A stretch of 48,290 nucleotides of DNA from contig JAHLWR010000026.1 in the NCBI GenBank assembly GCA_019057815.1, positions 1-48,290 on the forward strand. The letters run 5' to 3'. The notes beneath the pieces are model-generated. The model saw only the letters and a program-made list of their open reading frames with translations, had not been told where the DNA came from and did not search any database. Each line of letters begins with the position of its first letter. Position 1 is the first letter of the stretch. Origin of the DNA: Candidatus Heimdallarchaeota archaeon (GTDB lineage: Archaea > Asgardarchaeota > Heimdallarchaeia > Heimdallarchaeales > Heimdallarchaeaceae). The translations under genes were made by a program, and so were the position numbers. This document shows, piece by piece, positions 37,806-47,481 of this stretch.

Positions 37806-38212
37806 CCTGTCTTTTTACGAAAATTGCTTACTAAAGCGATATTTGGGAGTTTTTCTAAGGATTCTTTTGGAAGATCAGCTATTCGTACTTTCTCTGGATT
37901 TTCTCTGAGACTAATTTCTCGAACAGCTTCCATAAGGGCCGCTACATCGATTTCTCTGGGACAACGGACAGTACAAGTAAAGCAACTAGCACAAATCCAA
38001 TGGGTATTAGCATCCAATGTTCTCTCCTTTTGTCCTAGCTGAATGAGATGAATGAATTGATTTACTGTTTTATCCATTTTATAACTGAAAGCACAGCCAG
38101 CAGAACATTTACCGCATTGATAACAGCTATAAACGTTTTGACCCGAAATCTCCTCGACTTTTGCGATGAATGCTTTCTCTTCCGATCCAATTTTTATATA
38201 TTCATAAGACAT
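37802..38212 (-). CDS. hdrC: heterodisulfide reductase subunit C-like
   Basis: 'CYQCGKCSAGC', 'WICASCFTCTVRCP'. Confidence 0.9.
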   Translation of the reverse strand: MSYEYIKIGSEEKAFIAKVEEISGQNVYSCYQCGKCSAGCAFSYKMDKTVNQFIHLIQLGQKERTLDANTHWICASCFTCTVRCPREIDVAALMEAVREISLRENPEKVRIADLPKESLEKLPNIALVSNFRKKTG

Positions 38213-38232
38213 TTGCTTTATCTCCTTAACCT

Positions 38233-40200
38233 TTAATCTCCTCCTAATGCACTTATCAGTGCAAGGATTTGACTGTCTGTATAGCCAAGTTGGTTAATAG
38301 CTCCATTCAAACATGCTGCTGCGCAGCTTCCACAGCCTTTACACATCGCTTCATTTACATAAGCAATTCTAGTAGAATGACCGTACTGGTTTATTACTTG
38401 CATCTCAATAGCGCTATATGGGCACGCTTCAGCACACATACCACAACCTCGACATAATGAGTCATCAACTATAGCAACTGTAGCTTCTATCTCTAGTTCA
38501 TCTTGTGATAATATACCACACGCTTTTGACGCAGCTCCACTTGCTTGCGAAACTGTGTCTGGAATATCTTTTGGACCTGTAGCTGTTCCTGCAATAAATA
38601 TACCTGCAATGGCTGTGTCGATAGGTTTTAATTTTGGATGAGCTTCTCTTATGAAACCATTTATATCAACTGCTAGGTTCATCAAACTAGCCATTTCTTT
38701 AGTTCCTTCACTAGGTGTTATTCCAGTAGCTAAAACTACCATGTCTGCGTGGAGTTCTACTGTTTCACCCGAGAGTGTATCAACTCCCTTTATTAATATT
38801 TGATTCCCATCTTTTAAAACTTCAGAGACTTTTCCTCTAATATAGATCACTTTATCTTCTTCTGCAGCTCTCTGGTAGAATTCTTCATAGTCTTTTCCTG
38901 CAGTTCTGATATCTATATAGAAGTTGATAGCAGTTCCATTATGTACAATGTGTTTATATTGCAAAGCATGTTTTGTTGAATACATACAACAAATCTTCGA
39001 ACAATATGGGAGATGTTTAGAGGGATCGCGTGATCCAGCACAGTGAATAAAAACAACTGTTTCAGGGATTTTTCCATCAGATGGTCGTAGAATTTTACCT
39101 TCCGTTGGTCCACTAGCTGATACTATTCTTTCATAATCTAGACCAGAGATTACGTCATGAATTGTTCCATATCCGTACTCTCCTATATTTTCAATTGGAT
39201 AAGGAGCAAAACCTGTTGCTACTATAATTGCTCCAAATTCTTCCTCTATTATTTCTGGTTGCATATCAAAATCTATTGCCTCGGGTCCGCATACTTCTTT
39301 ACATTTTGTGCAAATCAACGGATCAATTCCTAAACAATCATCAGGATTAATAATAAAAGAAGCTGGTATTGCTTGTGGATAAGAGATGTAAATTGCTTTT
39401 CTAGGTGAAAAACCCTGATTGTATTCATCATGAGCTATAACAGGACAAACAGGCAAACAATCACCACAGAGAGTGCATTTATCCTCTATAACATAACGTG
39501 GATTTCTCTTGATTTTTACTTTAAAATTACCTACATAACCGTCAACTGCTACTACTTCACTTAATGAAAGTAACTTAATGTTAGGATGGCGATTCACTTC
39601 AACCATTTTGGGGCTTAATATACATTGTGAGCAATCTAAAGTTGGAAATGTCTTATCAAGCTGAGACATTTTTCCACCAATAGATGATGTTTTTTCAACT
39701 AGTGTAGTTTTATATCCCATATTGGCTATATCAAGAGCTGCTTGAATACCTGCAATTCCTCCTCCTATGACAAGAGCTGTATGTATAACACCTACCTTTT
39801 TCCTTTCTAAAGGTTTCATTAAAGCAGAACGATGCACTGCTCCAGTCAAAAGTGCCATAGATTTTTCTGTTCCCTTATCTTTATCAGAATTAACCCATGA
39901 AACATGTTCTCTAATGTTAACAATCTCCAGAACATAGGGGTTTAACCCTTTATCTTCTAAGACAGATCTAAAAGTTGCTTCGTGCATGCGAGGAGAACAT
40001 GCTGCAACAACTATTTTATCCAAATCGTATTCGTCTATATCATTTTTAATTAGTTCTTGACCTGGATCTGAACACATATATTTGTAAACTCGACTAACAG
40101 CAACATTTGGTAGATCTTTTGCTTCTTCTACTATTTTATCAACGTCAACAGTACTTGCAATGTTACTGCCACACTCACAAACATAAACACCAATTTTCAT
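38233..40200 (-). CDS. hdrA: heterodisulfide reductase subunit A
   Basis: 'IGVYVCECG.NI', 'ACSPRMHE', 'GGGIAG', 'KTFPTLDCS.C', 'CSKICC', inserted and C-terminal ferredoxins. Confidence 0.95.
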   Translation of the reverse strand: MKIGVYVCECGSNIASTVDVDKIVEEAKDLPNVAVSRVYKYMCSDPGQELIKNDIDEYDLDKIVVAACSPRMHEATFRSVLEDKGLNPYVLEIVNIREHVSWVNSDKDKGTEKSMALLTGAVHRSALMKPLERKKVGVIHTALVIGGGIAGIQAALDIANMGYKTTLVEKTSSIGGKMSQLDKTFPTLDCSQCILSPKMVEVNRHPNIKLLSLSEVVAVDGYVGNFKVKIKRNPRYVIEDKCTLCGDCLPVCPVIAHDEYNQGFSPRKAIYISYPQAIPASFIINPDDCLGIDPLICTKCKEVCGPEAIDFDMQPEIIEEEFGAIIVATGFAPYPIENIGEYGYGTIHDVISGLDYERIVSASGPTEGKILRPSDGKIPETVVFIHCAGSRDPSKHLPYCSKICCMYSTKHALQYKHIVHNGTAINFYIDIRTAGKDYEEFYQRAAEEDKVIYIRGKVSEVLKDGNQILIKGVDTLSGETVELHADMVVLATGITPSEGTKEMASLMNLAVDINGFIREAHPKLKPIDTAIAGIFIAGTATGPKDIPDTVSQASGAASKACGILSQDELEIEATVAIVDDSLCRGCGMCAEACPYSAIEMQVINQYGHSTRIAYVNEAMCKGCGSCAAACLNGAINQLGYTDSQILALISALGGD

Positions 40201-40215
40201 TTTTTTCTCACGCCT

Positions 40216-41055
40216 CTACATATCTCCTTCAAGATCCTTTAGTTGATCATATGAGAAAACTGGACCATCTTTGCAGACATAGATGTTGCCAATATTACAC
40301 CTGCCGCAGATTCCAATTCCACACTTCATTCTCATTTCTAAAGTTGTGTAAATTTGATTTTCTTTGAAACCTAGTTCTAATAGATTTTGAATAACAAATT
40401 TGATCATAATTGGAGGCCCGCAAGTAATTGCAATAGTATTCTCTGGTGAAGGATTAAGTCTTTGTAAATTCGCAGGAACGAAACCTACATAATGATCCCA
40501 TCCTTTTTCCTGTACATCTATAGAAAGATGAACATCAACATCTTGCTGTTTTTGCATCTCGTCGAATTTTTCTTTAAAACAAATATCTTCTGATGTTCGA
40601 GCACCATAGATCACTTCTAAATTGTCATAATCACTTCTATTATCTAAACAATAATTTAACAAGGAACGAAGAGGAGCTTGACCTATTCCACCCCCTATAA
40701 AGAGTAGGTTCTTTTTCTTCCAACCTTCTATATCAAAATGATTTCCATAAGGTCCTCTTGCTCCTACTGTATCTCCCACAACCATTTCATGCAGAGCATT
40801 TGTAACTTTACCAAGTTTCATCACACTTACTTCAATATATCCCTTTTCAGTAGGAGATGAGGAAATAGCAAACATACTCTCACCTGTTCCAAATAGACTT
40901 ATCATAATGGTTTGACCAGGTAAGAAGCTGAAATTCTCTTTAACCTTTTCATCTTGAAACTCAAGTTTAAATGTTTTAATAGCCCTATTTCCACTTACTT
41001 CTTCTTTAATGTCTACTACCGTGGCTAACATTGGTTGATACGGGTTTTTTGTCAT
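40216..41055 (-). CDS. FAD/NAD(P)-binding oxidoreductase (FlxA/AsrB/HydG-like)
   Basis: 'PGQ', 'RGPYG', 'GGGIG.AP', 'CGPP.M', 'MKCGIGICGRC...CKDGPVF'. Confidence 0.88.
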   Translation of the reverse strand: MTKNPYQPMLATVVDIKEEVSGNRAIKTFKLEFQDEKVKENFSFLPGQTIMISLFGTGESMFAISSSPTEKGYIEVSVMKLGKVTNALHEMVVGDTVGARGPYGNHFDIEGWKKKNLLFIGGGIGQAPLRSLLNYCLDNRSDYDNLEVIYGARTSEDICFKEKFDEMQKQQDVDVHLSIDVQEKGWDHYVGFVPANLQRLNPSPENTIAITCGPPIMIKFVIQNLLELGFKENQIYTTLEMRMKCGIGICGRCNIGNIYVCKDGPVFSYDQLKDLEGDM

Positions 41056-42089
41056 ATTTTTGCCTCCTTAACTTTAGCAATTACGTCAATGATGTCAATA
41101 TTAACAGGGCAATAATCTATACATCTTCCACAACCAGTACATGCGAAAATCTTGTCATTTTTTGGAAAGTAACTAAATTTGTGATAAACCCTATTTCTTA
41201 CTCTGTTCATCCTTGCTGGTCTTGGGTTGTGTCCTGATGCATGCATAGTGTATTCTGGGTACATACACGAATCCCATACACGAATTCTGGCACCTTCTTT
41301 TAGGGTTGCCTCATCTTGCATATCAAAACAATGACAAGTAGGGCATAAATATGTGCAAATTCCACATCCTATACATCTCATCGCTGTTTTTTGCCAGAGT
41401 TCATGATTAAACATTTTTTCTAATTTTTCTACGACTCCCTCAGTATTCATGTGACGTGTAATTGCATTTATTGCGTCTTGTTCTACCCTTTCCCTTACTT
41501 CTCCGTCTTCTTCAGAAGCTTTTGAAAAAAGGTTACCTAAGTTTTCAATTAGTTCTTTCCCTTTTTCTGTAACTATGTCAATAAAGTATTTTTCACCAAT
41601 ATCTGTGAATAGAATATCGACATTTTTCATAGAAGCAGGACTATCGTCAAATGATGTACAAAAACAATTTACCTCTGGTTTGTTACAACTTAAACCAATT
41701 AATGTACTTCTATTTCTTTTCTTAGTATAAAATGGATCTTTATAATCTCCTTCCCTTTTTCCTTCGAAAACAGGATCTAATATGCTATAACCTCTAGCAT
41801 CACAAGATCTTATCCCAAAAATAACTCTTTTCGCTTCGTCAATTTGTGGTGTGTTTACTTTGACTTCTTTACCTTTACTAAATGTGAAGAGTGTTTCCGT
41901 TTGTTGAAAAATTAAATCTTTTGGAGATATTCTAGAGCGTAAGTAATCGAGATTGATTTCTTGTGAATTGCTTATATGTTTAAATGAAGTAACTCCATTC
42001 TCTTCTATAGGTCCAAACAAAGCATATTTTGATGCTATTTCTGTAAGCATTTCAGGTAGTTTTTCCTTAGACAATACAAGATTTTCCAT
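41052..42089 (-). CDS. 4Fe-4S protein (FlxB/AsrA/HydB-like)
   Basis: 'GIRSCD', 'CFC', 'CIGCGICTYLCPTCHCF', 'WDSC', 'HK', 'CTGCGRC...CP'. Confidence 0.88.
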   Translation of the reverse strand: MENLVLSKEKLPEMLTEIASKYALFGPIEENGVTSFKHISNSQEINLDYLRSRISPKDLIFQQTETLFTFSKGKEVKVNTPQIDEAKRVIFGIRSCDARGYSILDPVFEGKREGDYKDPFYTKKRNRSTLIGLSCNKPEVNCFCTSFDDSPASMKNVDILFTDIGEKYFIDIVTEKGKELIENLGNLFSKASEEDGEVRERVEQDAINAITRHMNTEGVVEKLEKMFNHELWQKTAMRCIGCGICTYLCPTCHCFDMQDEATLKEGARIRVWDSCMYPEYTMHASGHNPRPARMNRVRNRVYHKFSYFPKNDKIFACTGCGRCIDYCPVNIDIIDVIAKVKEAKI

Positions 42090-42098
42090 TTCATCACC

Positions 42099-43085
42099 TT
42101 ACAGAATAAAATCCTCAGGATCATCGGGTTTGAACATCCCGAATAGTGGTTTTTCTTCCTCATCCAATCCTGATGTGTAGTCAAACATCTTCTTTACATC
42201 TCTCTCGATTTTCTTGTTGAGTTCCATTAAAGGAATATTTACTGGACATACTCTTTCACATTCTCCGCAGCTTACACACCTCCCAGCGAGATGGTATGCT
42301 CTCATTATATTCCATGCTGCATTTTCTGATAGATTCACTGATCGTCTAATCCATTGCGGATTTAATGTATCGGCCATACATTCCTTACAATAGCATAGAG
42401 GACATGCTTCTCTGCAAGCATAACAGCGTATGCATCTCTCAAAGTGCCTTTTCCAGTATTCCCATTTATCTTCTGTATGTTTTTCATCCAACTCGTCTAT
42501 TTTACTAAATTCCTCTATTTCTGTAATTTCCACTTCCTCTCCCAATAGAACATCATAAAGTGGTGGGTTGGGAAATTCGCAGCTTTTACAAACATCTGAT
42601 AGTAATTCGTTTTTAGGAACTTTGTGGGTTTTTCCACCAATATTTATGATATATTCACTATTATCATTTTCAATTACATCAATAAGATCAGTTTGATTTG
42701 GGAACATTTTTTCAATCTTTTTCGGTTCGATAACACCTTTGCAAGGTATTCCAATTAAAACTAAATCTTCTCTTTTCAATCCCTTTTCTTGAATAATTTG
42801 TACAATTGCTCTTGAATCACAGCCTTTTACAACAACACCTATTTTTCTTTTATCTTCTTCTTCTCCTCTTTTCAGCGGTAACTTTTCTTCTAAAATAGTA
42901 TAAACAGCTAAATTTTTTGAACATACAGGAGAATAAATGAAATCTTCTGCATCTTCAGGAGTATAAGCAAAAGCTGGCATTATTTGAAATCCATATGTTC
43001 CTTTTTTATAACCTACAACATATCTGACATCTTCTCTAGAAACAATTTTTTTCGTGATTTCGATAAGATTTTTCAGATCTACCAT
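42099..43085 (-). CDS. 4Fe-4S protein (FlxC / FdhB-FrhB-like)
   Basis: 'KGCDSRA', 'CIRCYACREACPLCYC', 'HLAGRCVSCGECERVCP'. Confidence 0.85.
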   Translation of the reverse strand: MVDLKNLIEITKKIVSREDVRYVVGYKKGTYGFQIMPAFAYTPEDAEDFIYSPVCSKNLAVYTILEEKLPLKRGEEEDKRKIGVVVKGCDSRAIVQIIQEKGLKREDLVLIGIPCKGVIEPKKIEKMFPNQTDLIDVIENDNSEYIINIGGKTHKVPKNELLSDVCKSCEFPNPPLYDVLLGEEVEITEIEEFSKIDELDEKHTEDKWEYWKRHFERCIRCYACREACPLCYCKECMADTLNPQWIRRSVNLSENAAWNIMRAYHLAGRCVSCGECERVCPVNIPLMELNKKIERDVKKMFDYTSGLDEEEKPLFGMFKPDDPEDFIL

Positions 43086-43519
43086 ATATTTTCCCTCCTT
43101 ATCTTTTTCATAGGCCCTATTTTCTTGATGTCTTTTGTGATTTCTTCCACTACTTCTGCAAATTTTCTACCTTCTGCTGCTGATACCCAGGTCATTCTGA
43201 CCCTCTCAGGTTCAATACCAATGTACTCTAATAATCTCTTCATTACAGCTATTCTTCTTCTAGCCAAGTAATTACCTCGACTGTAATGACAGTCACCTGG
43301 ATGACATCCACCTATTAATACACCATCAGCTCCTTGTTGAAGCGCATTAACTACATACATTGGATTTACTCTCCCCGAACACATGACTTTTATTATTTTT
43401 ACATTTGGTGGATATTGAATTCTACTTGTTCCAGCTAGGTCTGCTCCAGCATAAGAACACCAGTTACACAAAAAACCAATGATGTTTGGTTCAAATTCTT
43501 CCATTTTCTTTTCCTTCAT
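43079..43519 (-). CDS. mvhD: MvhD/FlxD 2Fe-2S subunit
   Basis: 'FLCNWCSYAGADLAG', 'MCSGRV', 'GCHPGDCHY..GN', 'WVSAAEG'. Confidence 0.93.
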   Translation of the reverse strand: MKEKKMEEFEPNIIGFLCNWCSYAGADLAGTSRIQYPPNVKIIKVMCSGRVNPMYVVNALQQGADGVLIGGCHPGDCHYSRGNYLARRRIAVMKRLLEYIGIEPERVRMTWVSAAEGRKFAEVVEEITKDIKKIGPMKKIRRENIW

Positions 43520-44070
43520 TCTTGTTTGTATTCTTTCCCTTTTTGAAAAGCAATGAGATTCTTTTCCACATATTTAGCTTTAATTTTTTCTTTCATCACT
43601 TGTGTTAAGGCTTCTTCAGAGACAATTCCTTCTGTATTCGCATAAACAAAACCTAACATAGCAATATTAGCAAAGAGTCTACTACCAAGCGTTTCAGCAA
43701 TTTTTGTGGCTGGGATTTTGAAAATTTTCTTAGCTTTATTAGCTTGATCGTCTAGAGTGACCAAATCTTCTTCTACAAAAAGAACACCGCCTTTCTTTAG
43801 TTTTGGTATGTACTTTTGATAAGCTTCTTCTGACAGAACAACAAAATAATCTAATTCTGTTGCTTTTGGATAATCAATTTCTTCAGTATCGATTACAACA
43901 TCGGTACTGCTTGCTCCTCCTCTGCTCTCTGGACCATAACTTTGAGTCATAACTGAATTCTTTCCTTCTTCATATAATGAAACAGCTTCCCCTAATAGTC
44001 TGCCTAATAGACCTATTCCTTGTCCTCCAAAACCTGCAAAACGTATTTCTATTCTACCCATTTTTATCAA
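43516..44070 (-). CDS. korC: 2-oxoacid:ferredoxin oxidoreductase gamma subunit
   Basis: 'AGFGGQG', 'QSYGPESRGG', 'N..MLG'. Confidence 0.9.
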   Translation of the reverse strand: MIKMGRIEIRFAGFGGQGIGLLGRLLGEAVSLYEEGKNSVMTQSYGPESRGGASSTDVVIDTEEIDYPKATELDYFVVLSEEAYQKYIPKLKKGGVLFVEEDLVTLDDQANKAKKIFKIPATKIAETLGSRLFANIAMLGFVYANTEGIVSEEALTQVMKEKIKAKYVEKNLIAFQKGKEYKQE

Positions 44071-44942
44071 CTCTTTTTATCAGAAGCTTGACTTATTCGT
44101 TGTATCGCTAATAAATTGTCTGTTAGAGTAGGTTTATCTTCGATATCAACAAATTTTCCAACTATGAAAGGACCATTTTTTTCTATTTTAGTTTCTTTAG
44201 GGTCAGCGTCGTGTTTGAGAACAGTATGATCCGCAAAATGTTGTAGTATTTTTTTACCTTCAGCTAGTTGATTTCGGCGACCAAAAGTAGTTGGACAACT
44301 ACCCAAGACTTCAACAAAAGAAAATCCTTTCTTTTTAAAAGCTTCAACAAAAGAGTCTTTTATTCTTCTCACATCTAGTGCTGTCCATCTAGCAACATAA
44401 ACTGCTCCGCAAGTTATAGCTAAATGTGGGAGATTGAATGATTCCTCATTGAAACCATAAGGAGCTGTAGTTTGAACCTGTCCCATATATGATGTTGGTC
44501 CTACTTGTCCTCCTGTCATACCATAGTTGAAATTATTTACACATATTACTGTTATATCCGCGTTTCTTCTAGCAGCATGAATGAAGTGATTTCCTCCTAT
44601 TGCAAACAAGTCACCATCACCAGAGATAACTATAACCTTACGTTCAGGGTCAGTAATACTCAACCCTATTGCAAATGGAATTGATCTCCCATGAGTAGTG
44701 TGAAAACTGTCATAATTTAGGTATCCAGAAATCCTTCCTGTACATCCAATGCCGGAAACAACAGAAACTTTTTTTGGATCAAAACCTGCTTCATTTATAG
44801 CTTCAATTATAACGTTAGTAATTGAGCCTAAACTGCATCCTGGGCAGAAAATATGTGGAATTCTACCCTCTCTTAGATATCCATCTAGAGGATGTTCATG
44901 TGATTCTATTAGTTCTCTATCTTCTTCTGCCATTATACACAC
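44067..44942 (-). CDS. korB: 2-oxoacid:ferredoxin oxidoreductase beta subunit
   Basis: 'FCPGC', 'SGIGC', 'HGR', TPP motif 'GDGD...NN..YGMTGGQ'. Confidence 0.93.
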   Translation of the reverse strand: MCIMAEEDRELIESHEHPLDGYLREGRIPHIFCPGCSLGSITNVIIEAINEAGFDPKKVSVVSGIGCTGRISGYLNYDSFHTTHGRSIPFAIGLSITDPERKVIVISGDGDLFAIGGNHFIHAARRNADITVICVNNFNYGMTGGQVGPTSYMGQVQTTAPYGFNEESFNLPHLAITCGAVYVARWTALDVRRIKDSFVEAFKKKGFSFVEVLGSCPTTFGRRNQLAEGKKILQHFADHTVLKHDADPKETKIEKNGPFIVGKFVDIEDKPTLTDNLLAIQRISQASDKKS

Positions 44943-46114
44943 TTCTCAATTTCACTTAGGATTTCTTGTGGGTTATGCATTGTTCCCATTTTGAATAATC
45001 CTTTAACATTGGTTTTGCCCTGGGCTGCTCTCTCAACTTCCCTTGTTATTTGCCCATAGTTAATTTCAGGAACAAGTATTGTTTTAACTTGATTTGCTAA
45101 TGCTTCAATTCTTTCATCTGGGAATGGCCAAATAGTTATTAGTCGTAGTAATCCAGCTTTGATTCCTTTCTCTCTTGCTCTATTCACTGCTCCTTTTGCT
45201 GCTCTTGCAACAGAACCAAATGAAAGTATAGCTATTTCTGCATCATCGAGCATGTATTCTTCCAAAATAATGATTTTATCCTTGTTCTTCCTGATTTTGT
45301 CATTAATTCTTCTTACTAACTTTTCTTGAGTTTCAACATCAAGTACAGGGTATCCTCTCTCATCATGAGTCAATCCTGTAACCATAATATTGTATCCATC
45401 TCCTGCGATAGCCATAGGAGGAACTAAATCTTTATCAGGCTTGTAAGGTAAATATTCCTCAGGAGGAACATTAGGTTTTTTTGCATTTACTCTTTTAATT
45501 TTACTTTTATCTGGGATGATTAGTTTTTCACTCATATGACCCAAAATTTCGTCCATCAAAACTGTAACCGGCAATCTATATTGTTCAGCGTAGTTAAAGG
45601 CTTGAATAGCTAAATCAAAACACTCTTGAACACTACTGGGGCATAATACAATTGGTTCGAAGTCACCATGAGCGCCCCATTTTGTTTGCATAATATCTTG
45701 TTGTCCCACTAATGTTGGTAGACCTGTTGATGGACCTCCTCTTTGAACATTTATAATTACGCATGGGGTTTCAGTCATCATACCAAGACCTATATTCTCA
45801 ACCATTAGGGAATATCCTGGTCCTGATGTTGCAGTCATACTCTTGTATCCTCCCCACCTTGCACCCAAAATACCAATAATTGAAGCTAACTCGTCTTCAA
45901 ATTGAACGAAGTGTCCATTTACTCTTGGTAAACGTAGTGCCATATGTTCTGCAATTTCAGAACTGGGTGTAATAGGGTAACCACCAAAGAACTTACAACC
46001 TACAGCAAGTGCTCCTTCAGCAGTAGCATGATTACCTGTTGTAAAGTGTTCTCCGGTTAATATTTCTGGTAAGTCTAAATTTCCATCACTCATCATTATT
46101 ACCTCTTTCATCAT
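44933..46114 (-). CDS. korA: 2-oxoacid:ferredoxin oxidoreductase alpha subunit
   Basis: 'GYPITPSSE', 'EDE', 'TATSGPG', 'QRGGPSTGLPT'. Confidence 0.93.
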   Translation of the reverse strand: MMKEVIMMSDGNLDLPEILTGEHFTTGNHATAEGALAVGCKFFGGYPITPSSEIAEHMALRLPRVNGHFVQFEDELASIIGILGARWGGYKSMTATSGPGYSLMVENIGLGMMTETPCVIINVQRGGPSTGLPTLVGQQDIMQTKWGAHGDFEPIVLCPSSVQECFDLAIQAFNYAEQYRLPVTVLMDEILGHMSEKLIIPDKSKIKRVNAKKPNVPPEEYLPYKPDKDLVPPMAIAGDGYNIMVTGLTHDERGYPVLDVETQEKLVRRINDKIRKNKDKIIILEEYMLDDAEIAILSFGSVARAAKGAVNRAREKGIKAGLLRLITIWPFPDERIEALANQVKTILVPEINYGQITREVERAAQGKTNVKGLFKMGTMHNPQEILSEIEKCV

Positions 46115-46406
46115 CTTGTTTTACAACATAAATTGCAAACTCAGGACAAATAAGTTCACAGAAGTGACATTCAGCACAATCCTCAAAGCTCTTGCCATCT
46201 ATCAATTTTGGATGGTGATAACCTTTCGCATTAATCTCATCAGACTTTTCTAGAATCTGTTCTGGGCAATAGATAATACACCATTCACATTCTTTACATC
46301 TCTCTTTTATAATGAAGACTTGTGATGGTGTGGTCTTGTATTCATCTATATTTGTAAAAGCCGGCCATTCCGGTTTTTTTCTTCGTCTTTCAAGTGACGA
46401 TTTCAT
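46086..46406 (-). CDS. korD: 2-oxoacid:ferredoxin oxidoreductase delta (ferredoxin) subunit
   Basis: Two CxxCxxCxxxCP motifs and 'N.KGYH'. First gene of the operon. Confidence 0.88.
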   Translation of the reverse strand: MKSSLERRRKKPEWPAFTNIDEYKTTPSQVFIIKERCKECEWCIIYCPEQILEKSDEINAKGYHHPKLIDGKSFEDCAECHFCELICPEFAIYVVKQDDERGNNDE

Positions 46407-46656
46407 AGAATATACCGTTCTCTAATGATGTCCGCGGGCAAATTTCTAATTATATAAACTTTTATTTTTAACCTTGATTATTAATATAAGCGAAATTATG
46501 ACAGTATTCTCATTCATTAGCTAAAAATTAATGGGATTATATAGTCAGACATTTAGCTATCAGAATTTGGACTGAAACAAAGTGAAAATAGCTCGAACTT
46601 ACCTCAAAACGATATAAACCTGTTTCTAAAAACAAAAAGACTTAATTAATGGGTTT

Positions 46657-47355
46657 ATGAAAAGTACTTTTTTAGGGAAAAAATTGAAATACGCTTTCAT
46701 CATAATAGAAAATGATATGTTAACAAGGGATTTATCAATAACAATTCTCGGAAATAGTGGAGTAGGAAAAACAACATTGATTAAACGTCTTAAAGGGGAA
46801 AGTGTTGAAGATATCAGTCCTACAACTCAGATTGAAATACATGAGAAGAAAATAAAATTGAGGAGTCAGTCTTTCAAATCTACTTTTAGTATAGAACGTC
46901 ATCGTAGCTATCGTGTAAGAGCCGTAGATTGTCCAGGAGACATGAGTCTTTGGCCCTATTGGAAGAAAGCCCTTATTGATTACAAAACGAATGGTATTAT
47001 TTTCATGATTGATCCAAAACAAGATCACAAGGTACAAACCGATGCTCTGACACAAGTTTCAAATTATTTTCTTATGACATTAGATGAGGACATAGTAAAA
47101 GCTGAAAGAAAAGCACGCAAAGTAAAAGCCATCTTCTTCCTTCTTGTAAATAAAATAGATCTTCTGGAATATAATAAAGGTAAAGCTGATCAAATCATAA
47201 GAGAATACTATTCTGCAGTTTGGAATCATCTGAAGGAAAGATTCCCTAATTCTGGTCATTACTGGGATGCTATTTCGGCTATTGATGAAACTGAACAAAT
47301 GTTTGAAACTATTGATGGTATTTTCGAAACTATAAAAAGAGAAATATACGACTGA
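46657..47355 (+). CDS. Ras/Arf-superfamily small GTPase
   Basis: G1 'GNSGVGKT', G2 'PT', G3 'DCPG', G4 'NKID', G5 'SA'. The start may be the ATG at 46717. Confidence 0.85.
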   Translation: MKSTFLGKKLKYAFIIIENDMLTRDLSITILGNSGVGKTTLIKRLKGESVEDISPTTQIEIHEKKIKLRSQSFKSTFSIERHRSYRVRAVDCPGDMSLWPYWKKALIDYKTNGIIFMIDPKQDHKVQTDALTQVSNYFLMTLDEDIVKAERKARKVKAIFFLLVNKIDLLEYNKGKADQIIREYYSAVWNHLKERFPNSGHYWDAISAIDETEQMFETIDGIFETIKREIYD

Positions 47356-47481
47356 AATTAACCAAGTATTCACTTAAAAACTAGTTTTACTTCCCAATCT
47401 TGTAATCAGTTGTAGGCTTCAATATATGTGTCACTATCGAAAAGGTTTATTTCTTATTCATTCTTTTTCACTTCGATTAGT

